This document shows positions 11,113 to 24,152 of a stretch of DNA of 64,000 bases, piece by piece. Within the stretch, counting starts at the first letter, position 1, and every line of letters starts with the position of its first letter. The translations under genes were made by a program, and so were the position numbers. The stretch is from assembly GCA_951406725.2 (NCBI GenBank), contig OX597819.1, positions 61,256,001-61,320,000 of the forward strand. The letters are read 5' to 3'. The notes beneath the pieces were generated by a model. The model was given only the letters and a program-made list of their open reading frames with translations, had not been told where the DNA came from and made no database searches. The stretch is from Octopus vulgaris (taxonomy: Eukaryota).

Positions 11113-12234
11113 ATAATATATGATATTTGTGTAAACTGCTATCATTTTACGAAAGTAAGAAACGATAAAATACGGTAAAAATAAAGCAACAGAGCTTGTT
11201 CTAAACTAATGACTCAATGACTTGAACTGAAGGGATTTAGTAGTAATTGACCGCTCGTAGTATAGCTTTTAAGGGATTATAGTTCCCCACCTGTCAGCTG
11301 GATTGGACTTTAAAATTAACTCCGATAGACAATTTAAAAATAGCTGCAGAAACTTGAGGATTGAAAAATTCCTTAGAGAAGTAATTGTTTATAATCCTTT
11401 TATTTATTAGATATGTATTTTTCTGCACTACCTCATTAGTATTTGGTTAGTTTTAAATATTGACTAATGAAAGGAAACTAATAACTTTCTTAAGATAACC
11501 TACGAAAATTTCTGTTTATTTGCATAAAAATTTCAAACCATTTTGATTGAACGTATTTCTATCAGTCTCATGAAATTATAGTTACTTAATAAACATAATT
11601 ACAAGACTATTGAATATCAATATGGTAGTAATAAATCAACTTAAACAATCCATGTCGTATGTTGGTATCGAAGTTGAATTATTTCCTGTATATGCCAATT
11701 GTTGAACTATGCAATATTCATAGAAACTTTCATAAACTATAATGCAGCAGTTTCTACAAGGCACTAGCGGAGAGATTGTTTGTTCCCGTATATGTTACTT
11801 CAAAATTAGGATACAAATAATACGGATAGCTCTTATACCCAATATTGTTATGCATACAGTTACTAGTCTTCCGAAAAAAAAATATTACCCTGCAAGCAAG
11901 TCTTCCTTCTCGCTACTGATGTTGTCCAAGGGAAAGTCCGCCGCTTTAGATTCGATTCAGTCTGGCCCCAGGCGTCACTGCAGGTGTTGCTGAGAGAACG
12001 CAAACCGCGGAAACAGATATCGAGACTCTAGTCCGATGATAAACCAGTTCTGCCGATTCTATCGGCCTTCCTCGGTATTTTTTATTATTATTTTTTATTG
12101 AGCCTTGAATGGATAGACGAGAGAGCGGATTTCGGCGGGATTTGAATTTAGAACGTTGAAAAATGACATAAATACCGCAGAGTGTTCTGTCCAAGGCTTG
12201 AACAAGTTTGCCTTGTACATACATAGATAAAAGA

Positions 12235-12557
12235 GCACTCCGTCGGTTGCGACGGCGAGGGTCCCAGCTGATAAGATCAACGGAACAGCTTGCTCGTGAA
12301 ATTAACGTGCAAGTGGCTGAGCACTCCACAGACTTGTATACTCTTAATGTAGTTCTCAGGGAGATTCAGCATGACACAGAATGTGACAAGGCTGGCCCTT
12401 TGAAATACAGGTACTACTCATTTTTGCCAGCTGAATGGACTGGAGCAACGTGAAATAAAGTGTCTTGATCAAGGACACAACGCGCCACCGGGAATTGAAC
12501 TCACGGCCTTATGATCATAAGCCGAATGCCCTAACCACTAAGCCACGTACCTTCACA
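12235..12557 (-). mobile_element. SINE family D, full length
   Basis: Minus-strand tRNA-like head GTGAAGGTACGTGGCTTAGTGGTTAGGG..GTGAGTTCAATTCCC; tail shared with 1597-1660, 18772-19075 and 59873-60455. Confidence 0.85.
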
Positions 12558-12574
12558 TGGATACATATATACAT

Positions 12575-13170
12575 AAAACAAAATACAATGCCATTCGAAA
12601 AAAGATGATCCTGGAATACATATAGAGAATCCTCCTGTTATAGAATACGTACACAAATACCAGCACAAGGAATACTGGTGGAAAATTCCCGTCAAAACAT
12701 GTCAAGTGTAAACATAACAGGCTGGATATTATTTAGGACAGACAAGGAAAAGTGTGTACCGTCATAGAGGTCAGCTGTTCTGCTGAAGCGAATATCTCTT
12801 TGAAAATCAAAGAGAAAGCAGATAAATATGGACAACCGTTTCGAAACCTGCAGCTTCGATATCCGGATTAAAAATTTACATTTATATCAATAATAACTGG
12901 AGCACTTGGTTTTGTAAGTAAATGCCTAATTGTCAGTCTGGATAAGTTTGGATTTTCAGACAAAGAAATCAACCAACTGATTAGTACATTACAAATACAG
13001 TCTGTATATGGAACAGTAAAAGTATTCAAGACTTTTCTCAGGTTTAAAATGTGACATTGTTGTCGTTACCGTCATTCCAAAGATGGAGCTTTGATTCTTT
13101 GTTAGACGCCAACTCCATCTTCAGAGGAAGAATTTAAATGGTTAAATACAGACGGGACCGAAAAAAACCC
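12575..13170 (+). mobile_element. Decayed 3' end of an RLE-type non-LTR retrotransposon
   Basis: Manual translation gives KEYWWKIPVKT / CKHNRLDII*DRQGKVCTVIEVSCSAEANISLKIKEKADKYGQ..IITGALGFV..QSVYGTVKVFKTFLRFKM* (stop ~13053), then a UTR ending in a short A run. Confidence 0.75.
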
Positions 13171-15005
13171 TACACATACATACATACATATATACAAACA
13201 CAAACATACACACACACACATAAGGACACAAACATAAGCACAAATATACACATAGACACACACGCATTCATTGGGTCGAACACGTGTGTGTGTCTGTGTA
13301 GCGCTTCCTTTGCAGGGAATCGAAGCAACAACTTTTTTTTTGCACAACTGGTGGGTATACTTATTGCTATATCACCTCAGAGTGACTTATGACACATACA
13401 CAAAAATAAAGAGCAATAATTCCAAGTAATATTTTATGGACAAATTTTGCTATATAAGAGTGCATCGTACATTCCAAACACATTGCGGCCTTCATGAATT
13501 GTGGATATTCCAGTGATACGATTAAAAGTGTGCGTGCGCATGTGTGCGTGTGCATGTGTGCATGTGCATGTGTGCGTGTGCATGTGCATGTGTGTGTGTG
13601 TGTGTACGTGTGTGTGTGTGTATACAGATACAGATACACATATACATATGTCGGTAAACTGTTAAGCAATTTGGTCCGCTATATGTCATTAAAATAACTC
13701 GTCGCCGGAAATAAGTAAAATTGCTGTTTCTGTATTATATCAAAACGTCAAACCACACACACACGTATGTATGTATGTATGTATGTATGTATGTATGTAT
13801 GTATGTATGTATGTATGTATGTATGTATGTATGTATCTATGCATGTCTGTCTGTATGTATGTATGTATAATATATATATTAATTATTCTAGAAGGGAAAA
13901 GAGAGAAAAACCTCAAGGTTCAGATTTCAATATCCGGCTATGAGTTTCGGAGGAACCCAAGCGATAATTTCGTTGTTTTTTAGTTAGTTATTTTTGTTGT
14001 CATAACTACACAATTAGCGTAAAGCCCCACGATTTCTAAATCCACTCCAAAAGGACCGTTTCATATTCTAATGAACAATCTGTAATCTCAAAACTTCAAA
14101 GATCCAAAGACTTCCTGATGAAAGAAAACATTTTAGAATTTAATAATTGACTACACGTGAAGCCGAAAGAAAACCAGCGGGTTCTCCGCGTGTTTCCAGT
14201 TGTGAAGTTTACAATGCATGAAAATAGTGATGGTGGTGTTGTTATTGTTGCTGTTACCAGTATGCCTATAAATAAAAACATGAATTATAGTGATGATAAA
14301 AACGTCCCGGAATCGACAAATAAGGTCGTTAGGTCAACGTCATGCAGAGAGCGAAGCCTATCCCGCTACATGTAGTTAATTATGACTAAGAATTACAGCT
14401 TCAAAATCTTTTTTTCGAACGGAAATCAACACTGTCTTTCAAATGCGCTGCTTGCTGAGAATTTGATGTTTCTCTATGGATTGTAGTCTTATAAAGTTGA
14501 TTTATTATTTGTGCTGAGATGTCACTGGATCTTTATTCATAAGGTTTGCGCAAACCCTAGTCTTCGGATTCGTTTATGCTTACATTTAACAATAATTTTT
14601 GTTGATATCCCCTACCCATTTTCCAGGTCGTTATTCCAGGTAGAGCTAGGACTTGTAAGCTATAATCAGAATTTATAAATACCTGAATGTAATTAAAAAA
14701 ACATAAATTAAAATAAAATACACTGAAAACTGATGTCTATAGTCTCAAATAGTCTCAAATGCGTAGCTGTGAGGTTAATAGAAGAAAGATAATGTATGTG
14801 TATAAATATATAGAAGCATGACAACGTATAGAGGTTTTGTTCACAAACACACAAACATATACACATATTAGTTTACGAAACACACAAACATATACACATG
14901 TTAGTTCACGAACAAAGACCAAAAACCCAACTGTGCAAATATAAGGTACATATATACACCTTACAGACACATACAAACATATATACACTAATATGCATAT
15001 ATGCA

Positions 15006-15480
<475 letters not shown>

Positions 15481-16402
15481 GAGGAGACATAGTTAGGCAA
15501 AAGGAAAGAAAAGATAGTAGATAGTTATTATTTTACTATTTCGCAGTGTATTGTAATTGGTAAAATAAGTTGTAACAAGAGGTTAAATATAAAGGAGGGA
15601 ATGGTAAAGTAATATAAGGAAGAAGATGTAAGACGTTATGACTATATCTCTGTGAGAGTTGCAAGAGACAAGCAGTGAAATCTGGAGACAAAATGAGTGT
15701 TTCAGGGAAGGCGCGGGGTCCTGAAGAAATATGTATTTATAGGAGGATTATGGAAGAAAGTAGCCGTTTAATAGAGGGAAGAATAAAATCTGGAACGCCA
15801 GATTTAGTTTATTCGACTGTGTGTGAGGAGAGGGGACAAAGGGGGGGGGGTAAAGTATTGAAAAATAAAGGGATGCGTGTGAAAAATATTGTGAATGGAA
15901 AGGGAAGGAGAAAGAAGAGTACAGAAGTGGGAAGGATAACTACTTGTTTATGGAGTTTAGAAATAGAACGAAAATTCCGGTAAAATTGGTAATAGAAAAA
16001 GGAGAAAGTAGGGATGGAAGGGAGATAGAAACGGTATACAATTACAGTGTGGGGAAGCGGTGCTTAAAACGATACGATTGAATAATACAAAGTGAAAATG
16101 TTAGCGATAAAATGAAGAGAAAAGAGCTTTCAGTAAAATTAAATATAATAATGTGAAGTGGGAATGTTTGCAAGATTTAGTAGACAATAACAAGTCTTTT
16201 TGCCAATATTGAGAAAAGCCAAGGGAAGATTAGACAATTTACTAATATTTTCTCGTTTTAAGTGAAATAGTTTTGTACAACATTTAGCTGTCAGAGATCC
16301 TCTTACACCTAATTCAAGTTTGGATAATTGTAAAACTCCAAGGGGGTTTTTAATCAAAAACTTTCAAAGAAATTCCAAAAAGGTATAGTGTTTCAATGAA
16401 AT

Positions 16403-16780
16403 TCAACCTGTAAAGTTTCTTGCGCTAAAATTGTTTTGGTGGCGGCATTTTGCAATTAACTCATTCACTAAAGTTAAAAGTTGACAGGAAGAGGTTACTT
16501 ACAGAATATGATTTGGAAAATTCTTCGGGAGACCACAGTATTTTAAAAGTTGTAATATCTACTCTCTGGGTGTCTAAAAGAATATGTGTGTTGTATAAAT
16601 CTGCATTTGAAGGAATGTTCAGTTAAGTTTAAGTAGGCACGTTTGAACTGGTATGCCATCTTCACTTTTGCACAGTTTACTAATTCCTTCCAGAGACATT
16701 TATATGAAAAAGGCATAACGTAATGTTAACAGAATTAAAGTGGATTTGGTTAGCTTACGGAATACTGTAATTTCTTTAGT
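16403..16780 (-). pseudogene. Decayed Penelope-like GIY-YIG endonuclease C-terminus
   Basis: Minus-strand translation AYLNLTEHSFKCRFIQHTYSFRHPES (cf. YIGxTExxFKxRxxxHxxSFR) and ELIAKCRHQNNFSARNFTG* (cf. ELISKCRHxNKF). Confidence 0.65.
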
Positions 16781-17101
16781 GGACAACAACAATCAAATCG
16801 TTGATGGTATAAATATAGCAAACCCAACTTTGCTCTAAGTGTTTTCAAATATATTTGCTTTACATCGTCCTTATATAACCATTCATAAAACGTCTGAATA
16901 ATCGAAAACATGAAACCCACGGTTACGATTTACGAAACTTACGCTTCTTATAATATACACAAACATACATACATACATACATACATATATTCCACAGAAC
17001 ATAAATGTGTAGATAAATACATGTGTATGTATATATGTGTGTGTATATATATATGTCTGTGTGTGTATTTACAGATCATAGATGTGTAGATGTAATATAC
17101 A

Positions 17102-17150
<49 letters not shown>

Positions 17151-17659
17151 GTGTATGCTTATATGTGTATATATATATATTTACATATATACGCATATAT
17201 AAATATACATTACATATACACATGCATTCATGCATACATACACACACACACACACTTAAACACATACATATTTATTTGATATGAATGATGTATTTGCTTC
17301 AGTAAATGTATTGCCAAATATTACACAATATAATAGCAAATCCCAGAAAATCTAATTACAGATATATATTTTCTTCGGCAAATACTTATATAAATATTTG
17401 CTTTAGTAGATCTTCAATCAAAATGCCAATTGGTTTTATTATCGATAATTGCATTTTTGTTATTGTCTTAGTCTTGCAAATTCAGTTTCTTGCCAAATTA
17501 TTGTTGTCCAAATTACTGAAAACCTCTCCATGCTTACTTTCATATTATTGATTTCATTCGGTTCGGCTCAAAGCCAATTTTCTGTAAAAAGAGGCGCATA
17601 GTCAATGCAATCGACCGTAAAATTAGAAACAACGTATCACAGGTACTTATGCTTTGTCT

Positions 17660-17856
17660 CGTTTACTTGTTTTTAAGTCAATGGACTACGGCCATGCCGG
17701 GGCACCGCCTTGAAGGGTTTCGTCAAACAAATCAACCTCATTAATTACTTTTATTTTAAAGTCTGGTTCTTATTCTACTGAGCACTTTTGCTGGACTGCT
17801 AAGTTCCGAAGAGGCAAACAAACCAACAACAGTCGTCAAGTGGTGGATGGGCGGAA
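17660..17856 (-). mobile_element. SINE B 3' half, interrupted by the MITE
   Basis: Reverse complement of the SINE B tail; appears to resume after 18401 with (CA)n. Confidence 0.7.
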
Positions 17857-18401
17857 CGCGAAATTTTTTTCCCACGGGAGTTCCGGACCCCAGTAATGAA
17901 CTAATTTGCATACAACCAATCAGAACTCCCCTTGACTTTGTTGTCAAGTTAAACACACTCTACCAAGTAAACTCAAGACGAAGAGTGGTGTTGTAAATCG
18001 ACCGATCGCCAAGTTATGCCTGATTTTAGAAGGAGACAAGTAATTAGATAGATTTGCATCTATACCTATTATCGGATTTTGTTCGGGCCTCATATGGCAA
18101 AGATGTGGATGGTAAAAATGTGGGTAGAGGGTGATGTGCTAACAACCCTCTCCGCTTACTGTTTTACAAAGTAAACAACAATAAAACTACGCAGGGGCAG
18201 CCATGGTTGAAACAAGAACAAGAACAACAAGCGTTATTAAAAGAGAAAAGAAGCACGGTCATTCCTTACCCAAGTGACCTTATCTTATCGCCCATCACTT
18301 GTTATGCGCTCATAAATTAGTTTGATAGTTGAGCTCTGATTGGCTGTATGCAAATGAGTTCATGAATGGGGTCCGGACCGCTCGTGGGAAAAAAATTTGT
18401 G
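17857..18401. mobile_element. MITE / non-autonomous DNA transposon with ~70-bp terminal inverted repeats
   Basis: 17857-17928 and 18331-18401 are imperfect reverse complements; flanks GGGCGGAA / GGCGGGAA may be a decayed 8-bp target duplication (hAT-like). Confidence 0.8.
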
Positions 18402-18523
18402 GGCGGGAAAGCGCAAACGCAAAACACACACACATACATGTGTTTATATACATATACATGAAAGCGTTTTGCTTTGTGATTAGGGAGATCGCCTCACGGT
18501 CGTAAGGTCACCTAATAACTATA

Positions 18524-18686
18524 GATATTTCTTTATTGCTCTCAGGGGGCTAAAAACAGAGGGGACAAACAAGGACAGACAAAGGACTTAAGTCGATTAC
18601 AATTATCCCAGTGCGTAACTGGTACTTATTTAATCGACCCCGAAAGGATGAAAGGCAAAGTCAACCTCGGTGGAATTTGAACTCAG
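18524..18686 (-). mobile_element. 5'-truncated SINE A (tail-2 variant) with 14-bp target-site duplication
   Basis: ACCTAATAACTATA at 18510-18523 and 18687-18700 flanks the insert. Confidence 0.9.
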
Positions 18687-18771
18687 ACCTAATAACTATA
18701 CTGTTCGGTCGCAAACATGAATTTAAGCACACACATACACACAGACCCCACTGCCATGTGGCTGAGGTGGA

Positions 18772-19075
18772 GCATTCCGACGGTTAATTGAATCAACGAA
18801 ATAGCTTGCTCATGAAGTTAACGTGAAAGCTGCTGAGCACTTCACTAAAACGGGTACCTTTAACATAATTCTCGAGGAGATTCAGCGTGACACACAGAAT
18901 GTGACAAGGCTGGCCCTTATGAAATACAGGTACAACTGATTTTTGCCAGCTAAGTAGACAAGAGCGACGTGAAATAAAGTCCCTTGCTCAAAAACACAAC
19001 CTCTCTCCCACCCGGAATCGAACTCACGACCTTACGATTGTGAGCCGAATACACTAACCGTAAAACACGCGTCTA
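18772..19075 (-). mobile_element. SINE family D
   Basis: Colinear with 12235-12557. Confidence 0.82.
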
Positions 19076-19332
19076 CTTCTATGTAGATTTTGATTATACA
19101 ACCAATTTGCTATATTTTGTGTGCGAACGTGTAATTGGACTTTTTCTATTGTTCTGGACAATCGGTTTCCTCGGCGATTTGTTACGATGTTGTCTACAAA
19201 CAACAACTTAAAGCAGAGGAAGTAGAAATCTATATAATATTATTATTTACGAATAAGACGTAAAAACTGGATCTGCAGAATTTTACAGCATCTGATGTAG
19301 TCAAACAAAAATGTTCCAAAATGTTGAACGTA

Positions 19333-19392
19333 TAGTGGTTAGGATTCCTGGCTTTCACCCAGGCGGCCTGGGTTCGATTCCCGGCATGGGAA
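19333..19392 (+). pseudogene. tRNA-Glu(TTC) pseudogene lacking the 5' acceptor strand
   Basis: TAGTGGTTAGGATT-CCTGG-CT TTC AC-CCAGG-CGGCCTGGGTTCGATTCCCGG-CATGGGAA matches eukaryotic tRNA-Glu(UUC); the expected 5' TCCCATG-TGGTC is absent. Confidence 0.85.
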
Positions 19393-19403
19393 CGTTTGTT
19401 TTA

Positions 19404-19572
19404 GGCGTAGGAGAGGCTGTGTGGTAAGTAGCTTGCTTACCAACCACATGGTTCCGGGTTCAGTCCCACTGCGTGGCATCTTGGGCAAGTGTCTTCTGCT
19501 ATAGCCTCGGGCCGACCAAAGCCTTGTGAGTAGATTTGGTAAGCGGAAATTGAAAGAAGTCCATCGTATATA

Positions 19573-19610
<38 letters not shown>

Positions 19611-19826
19611 TGTCTGTGTTTGTCCCCCTCCCCAACATCGCTTGACAACCGATGCTGGTGTGTTTACGTCCCCGTAATTTAGCTCTCCGGCAAAACTGAC
19701 CGATAGAATAAGTACTGGGCTTACAAAGAATAAGTCCTGGGGTCGATGATTTGCTCGACTAAAGGCGGTGCCCCAGCATGGCCACAGTCAAATGACTGAC
19801 ACAAGTAAAAGAGAGTAAAAGAGAGT
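19404..19826 (+). mobile_element. SINE family B, full length
   Basis: Head GGCGTAGGAG(A/T)GGCTGTGTGGTAAG..GGTTCAGTCCC, CTTGGGCAAGTGTCTTC core, internal (TA)n(TG)n, (GTAAAAGA)n tail. Confidence 0.92.
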
Positions 19827-19966
19827 ATAAATCTCTGTACGTATTTCTTTTCAGAACTATAAGTTGACATTGAAGACGTAGAATGTGCAGAAAACTGTTT
19901 CACCCATCCTTCTCTCTTTCTCACTTCTCTTTAACTGTACGGCTGCAGTCTGATGACTGAAACAAG

Positions 19967-20008
<42 letters not shown>

Positions 20009-20374
20009 GCGCGCACACACACACATTTGGTTAAACAGGAACCGACTTGTTGATCAACAAAGCAGATTCTGCAAAAGACTATCAAATACAACTATCTTTT
20101 TATATACATTTCCTTAGGGGACATTGAGTATCTACACATTGTCGCCTTCTGTTACATAAACAAGAAGTTATTTATAAATTTGTACTCAACCACCTAACGA
20201 CTACTGAACTTGGAGACTGTGTTTAGATTTTTGCTGAAGTTTTAGATGAACACACACACACACATACAGGCACTCGTACTTACGCAAATATTACATCTAT
20301 CTATCTATCTATCTATCTGACTGTTTGTCTATCTGTGTCCCTCACCACAGTCTGTGTATATATATATGTATAAG

Positions 20375-20455
20375 TATACACGTATGTGTATAGATGTCTG
20401 CATGCAATTATATATATATATATATATATAAATACTTGCATGCAGACATCTATAC

Positions 20456-20488
<33 letters not shown>

Positions 20489-20540
20489 CTTGCATGCAGA
20501 CATCTATACACATACATGTATATATATATATATATATATT
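20375..20540. repeat. Inverted plus direct duplication of a ~30-bp unit around (TA)n runs
   Basis: GTATGTGTATAGATGTCTGCATGCAA-(TA)n-TTGCATGCAGACATCTATACACATAC-(TA)n-TTGCATGCAGACATCTATACACATAC. Confidence 0.9.
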
Positions 20541-20687
20541 AAAGAAATAATTATGATTCGGTTGAATTAGGTACTTAATTTGAGGTACCCAGTCAGTCCA
20601 GTATTAAGGTAAATAAAAACCAAATAAGTAACAAGGATTTCAATGGCCTTAATGCCCTAATACTTTGACATACTTGTTACTTATTTG

Positions 20688-20770
<83 letters not shown>

Positions 20771-20884
20771 ACTTTTCAATAAGGGCAATAGATAAAGATC
20801 CCTATGCCAAATATGCCGACAAATAGACCTTAAATCGTCAATAACCACATTCATCACTAAATATATACTTGTGTATATATAAGT

Positions 20885-20916
<32 letters not shown>

Positions 20917-21653
20917 ACATATATATATATATGTATATATATATAATATATATATATATATAGTATATATAAAGTATATATATATAATATATAATATATA
21001 TGTACATACATATATGTATATATATATACACACACATATGTATGTGTATATGTATGTATATATATATATTTCACGCATGCTGTCTGTGTTATCAGTGACA
21101 TCAATTACGGATGATTAGATCACTAACATTTGCTTCAGATGAGAGGAAAAAGAGGTCCTGTGTCATTTGTGTATTTATATATTGACTTCGTCAAAATTTT
21201 GCTAATGTCTATGACCCTATTATACACCTATGTATGTATGTAATGTGTCTGTATTTATGTATGTATGTGTGTATGAATGTGTGTCTGCACATATGTATGA
21301 ATGAATGAATGAATGAATGAATGTTCTCGTTCTTATGAATGGAGGGCTGGGGTTTCAGACAATGCCCCCGTTGTGTCTTCGTGCTTTCTTCGGGATGAAA
21401 AAGAGGTCAGTGGGGCTTTCATACTCTTCCTACCCGATTCTCCCTCAGGATTGTCTCCCTTAGCCTTCAAGTCTTAGAAAAGCATTCACGGGCTATTAGG
21501 GTTTATACAAGGAGTTGTTCCTCTATGAATTTGCCTACCTTCCAAGCCTGACAAGGCTCCGTTATTACACAGTCATTGGCCTAATGTTGGGGGTCGTAAG
21601 TTTTTTTGTCCTGTTGGGTATCTTGCAACCTTGCTCACCAAGCTTGCTGGATG

Positions 21654-21684
<31 letters not shown>

Positions 21685-21832
21685 ACACATGCATATTATG
21701 TATATACATATATTATACTTATACATACACATATACATACATACATACATACATACATAAATACATACATACATACATAAATACATACATACATAAATGC
21801 ATACATACATACATAAATACATACATACATAC

Positions 21833-21878
<46 letters not shown>

Positions 21879-22749
21879 CATTACTCATGCATTAAGGTGA
21901 TAATTTGACATGGTCACTAAGAAAGTCACCGATATGGCGAATAAGGGGATTCCGAAGGCAACAATGGGCCATTAGAAGGACAATACACAACGTTCAGAAC
22001 CGAAAGCATAATATCCAAGAATATAATATTGTGTGTACACGTGTAAGCAAACTCTCTCTGTGTAAGGACCTTAACATCTCAAACACAAGGACTGTGTAAT
22101 AAAGAACTTTTGACTGAGATGTTATTTCAGGGTAGATCCATGATGCCTTCATTTCGCTGGTGTTGTAATTCAAGCAGAAGAATCGAAGATCGATGGTCAT
22201 CGAATTAGTTAGAGAAGCAAAGAACATATCGTCCTGAAGAATGTTAAGGCTCAGAAAGAAATAACGGTTTCAGGTAACTGAAGCATTAAATAAGGATCGG
22301 TGCCGCTAATTCTGCTTTGGTGGTGATGGTGTTTGTATATTGTCGTCAGTGAGATGGAATGGTAAAGATTGCAAAGGGATTGAGAAAGGGGTATTGTTTG
22401 TTGTATGTATAAATAACCTGATAGTTTAATGTAGTCTCAATGTTAGCTAAAGTGAGAGCGATAATAGGATCACGATTCAACAGTTAGCAAAATGGAATGT
22501 CATATAAGTATACGTACATGTATACATACATGCATATATACTTATATGCATACAGCCATACATAGACACATGAATACATAGATGACTATATACATACATG
22601 CATACATTAATATATACATTCATACATACATTAATACATAGATACACACATACATACATACATGCATGCATACATACATACATACATACATACATACATA
22701 CATACATACATACATACATGCATACATGCATACATGCATGCATGCATAC

Positions 22750-22990
22750 AAGCTTGCATGCTGCAATGAATATTTGTTTGGGATTCTGCAATGTTCACTC
22801 ATAGGTAAATACTTGAAGAAGATTATAGAATTCAATGCCAAAGTAACAACGTGTGACGGTAAACAGATCAGCTGTATTGGATCCATAGACAATTATTTCA
22901 ATAATTACTACCTGTGGCAGCTTCTCTACAGTCCGAAGTGAACATAATAATGCTTTTCAAATAAGTATGGACAAAGAGTGAGTGTTGAAA
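22750..22990 (+). pseudogene. Decayed Penelope-like GIY-YIG fragment
   Basis: CCN..QCSLIGKYLKKIIEFNAKVTTCDGKQISCIGSIDNYF resembles CNC..CPLxGxCL..IIYxAxVT...YIGSTExxF. Confidence 0.5.
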
Positions 22991-23103
22991 GGTGACAGTG
23001 ACATAACCATTCAATGTTTCATTATGGAATCTCTGAGCGTTTACACCATATCGGTAAAAGTGTGCAAATTATGTCACGTGGAAAAATATCATATACGAGG
23101 ACG

Positions 23104-23137
<34 letters not shown>

Positions 23138-23299
23138 GGCGTAGGAGTGGCTGTGTGGTAAGTAGCTTGCTTTCAAATCACATGGTTCCGAGTTCAGTCC
23201 CACTGCGTGCACCTTGGTCAAGTGTTTTCTACTATAGCCCAGGGCTGACCAGAGCCTTGCGAGTGGATTTGGAAGACAGAAACTGAAAGAGGCCCGTCG

Positions 23300-23384
<85 letters not shown>

Positions 23385-23594
23385 TTCTGTGTCTGTAATT
23401 GTCACCCCAACATCGCTTGACAACCGATGCTGGTGTGTTTACGTCCCCGTAACTTAGCGGCTCGGCAAAACGGACCGATAGAATAAGTACTAGGCTTATG
23501 AAGAATAAGTCCTGGGGTCGATTTGCTTGACTAAAGGCGGTGCTCCGGCATGGCCGCAGTCAAATGACTGAAACAAGTAAAAGAGTAAAAGAGT
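23138..23594 (+). mobile_element. SINE family B, full length
   Basis: Colinear with 19404-19826. Confidence 0.92.
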
Positions 23595-24112
23595 ATATAT
23601 AGAGAGAGAGGAGGAGAGAGAGGGGGGCGATCTAGCTTCAAAGTGAAAAGTGAATAACAATTACCATCTAAAGAACTACCCTTAACAACCAGACAAAAAT
23701 CCTTAGCACACACACACACGCACGCATGTACATACACACATGGAGACACACATATACCAGAGGTATTGAGTGTTCAATTCCTTCTTTAATACGTTTGAAC
23801 CCTACAATAATCAATATATATATATACATATCTGCATACACACACGCACACACATATACACATGTATGCATATACATACATAAATATGTGTGTGCGTGTG
23901 AGTGAGTGTGTGTGTGCGCATTTATAAACCTGTGATGTGTTACTCAGGGTTTTATGATGTCCAACTTCGAAATAATGCCCATTATTTGAAATCAAAAAAA
24001 AAAAAAAGAAAAAACAATGTGATGTATCTGTCATTTTTCAGTGTCAAATGGTCGTAGCTCATCTTAAATTAAGATTTTCGTCTTGCGTCCTCAACGGTTT
24101 TTCCTCTTTCAC

Positions 24113-24152
24113 TCCCCTTTATGTTTAGCCCCTTGTGGGTAATAAAGAAATA
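24113..24152 (+). mobile_element. 40-bp SINE A tail-2 insertion with a perfect 17-bp target-site duplication
   Basis: GGTTTTTCCTCTTTCAC at 24096-24112 and 24153-24169 flanks TCCCCTTTATGTTTAGCCCCTTGTGGGTAATAAAGAAATA. Confidence 0.92.

Noticed and set aside
13079-13130. CTGAAGA plus hairpin on the minus strand as a hammerhead
   Set aside because: The AAGATGGAG/CTCCATCTT stem is not followed by GAAA; better explained as a LINE 3' UTR hairpin.
21890-22480. Possible retroelement coding remnant
   Set aside because: I could not recover convincing RT or endonuclease motifs by eye; left unannotated.
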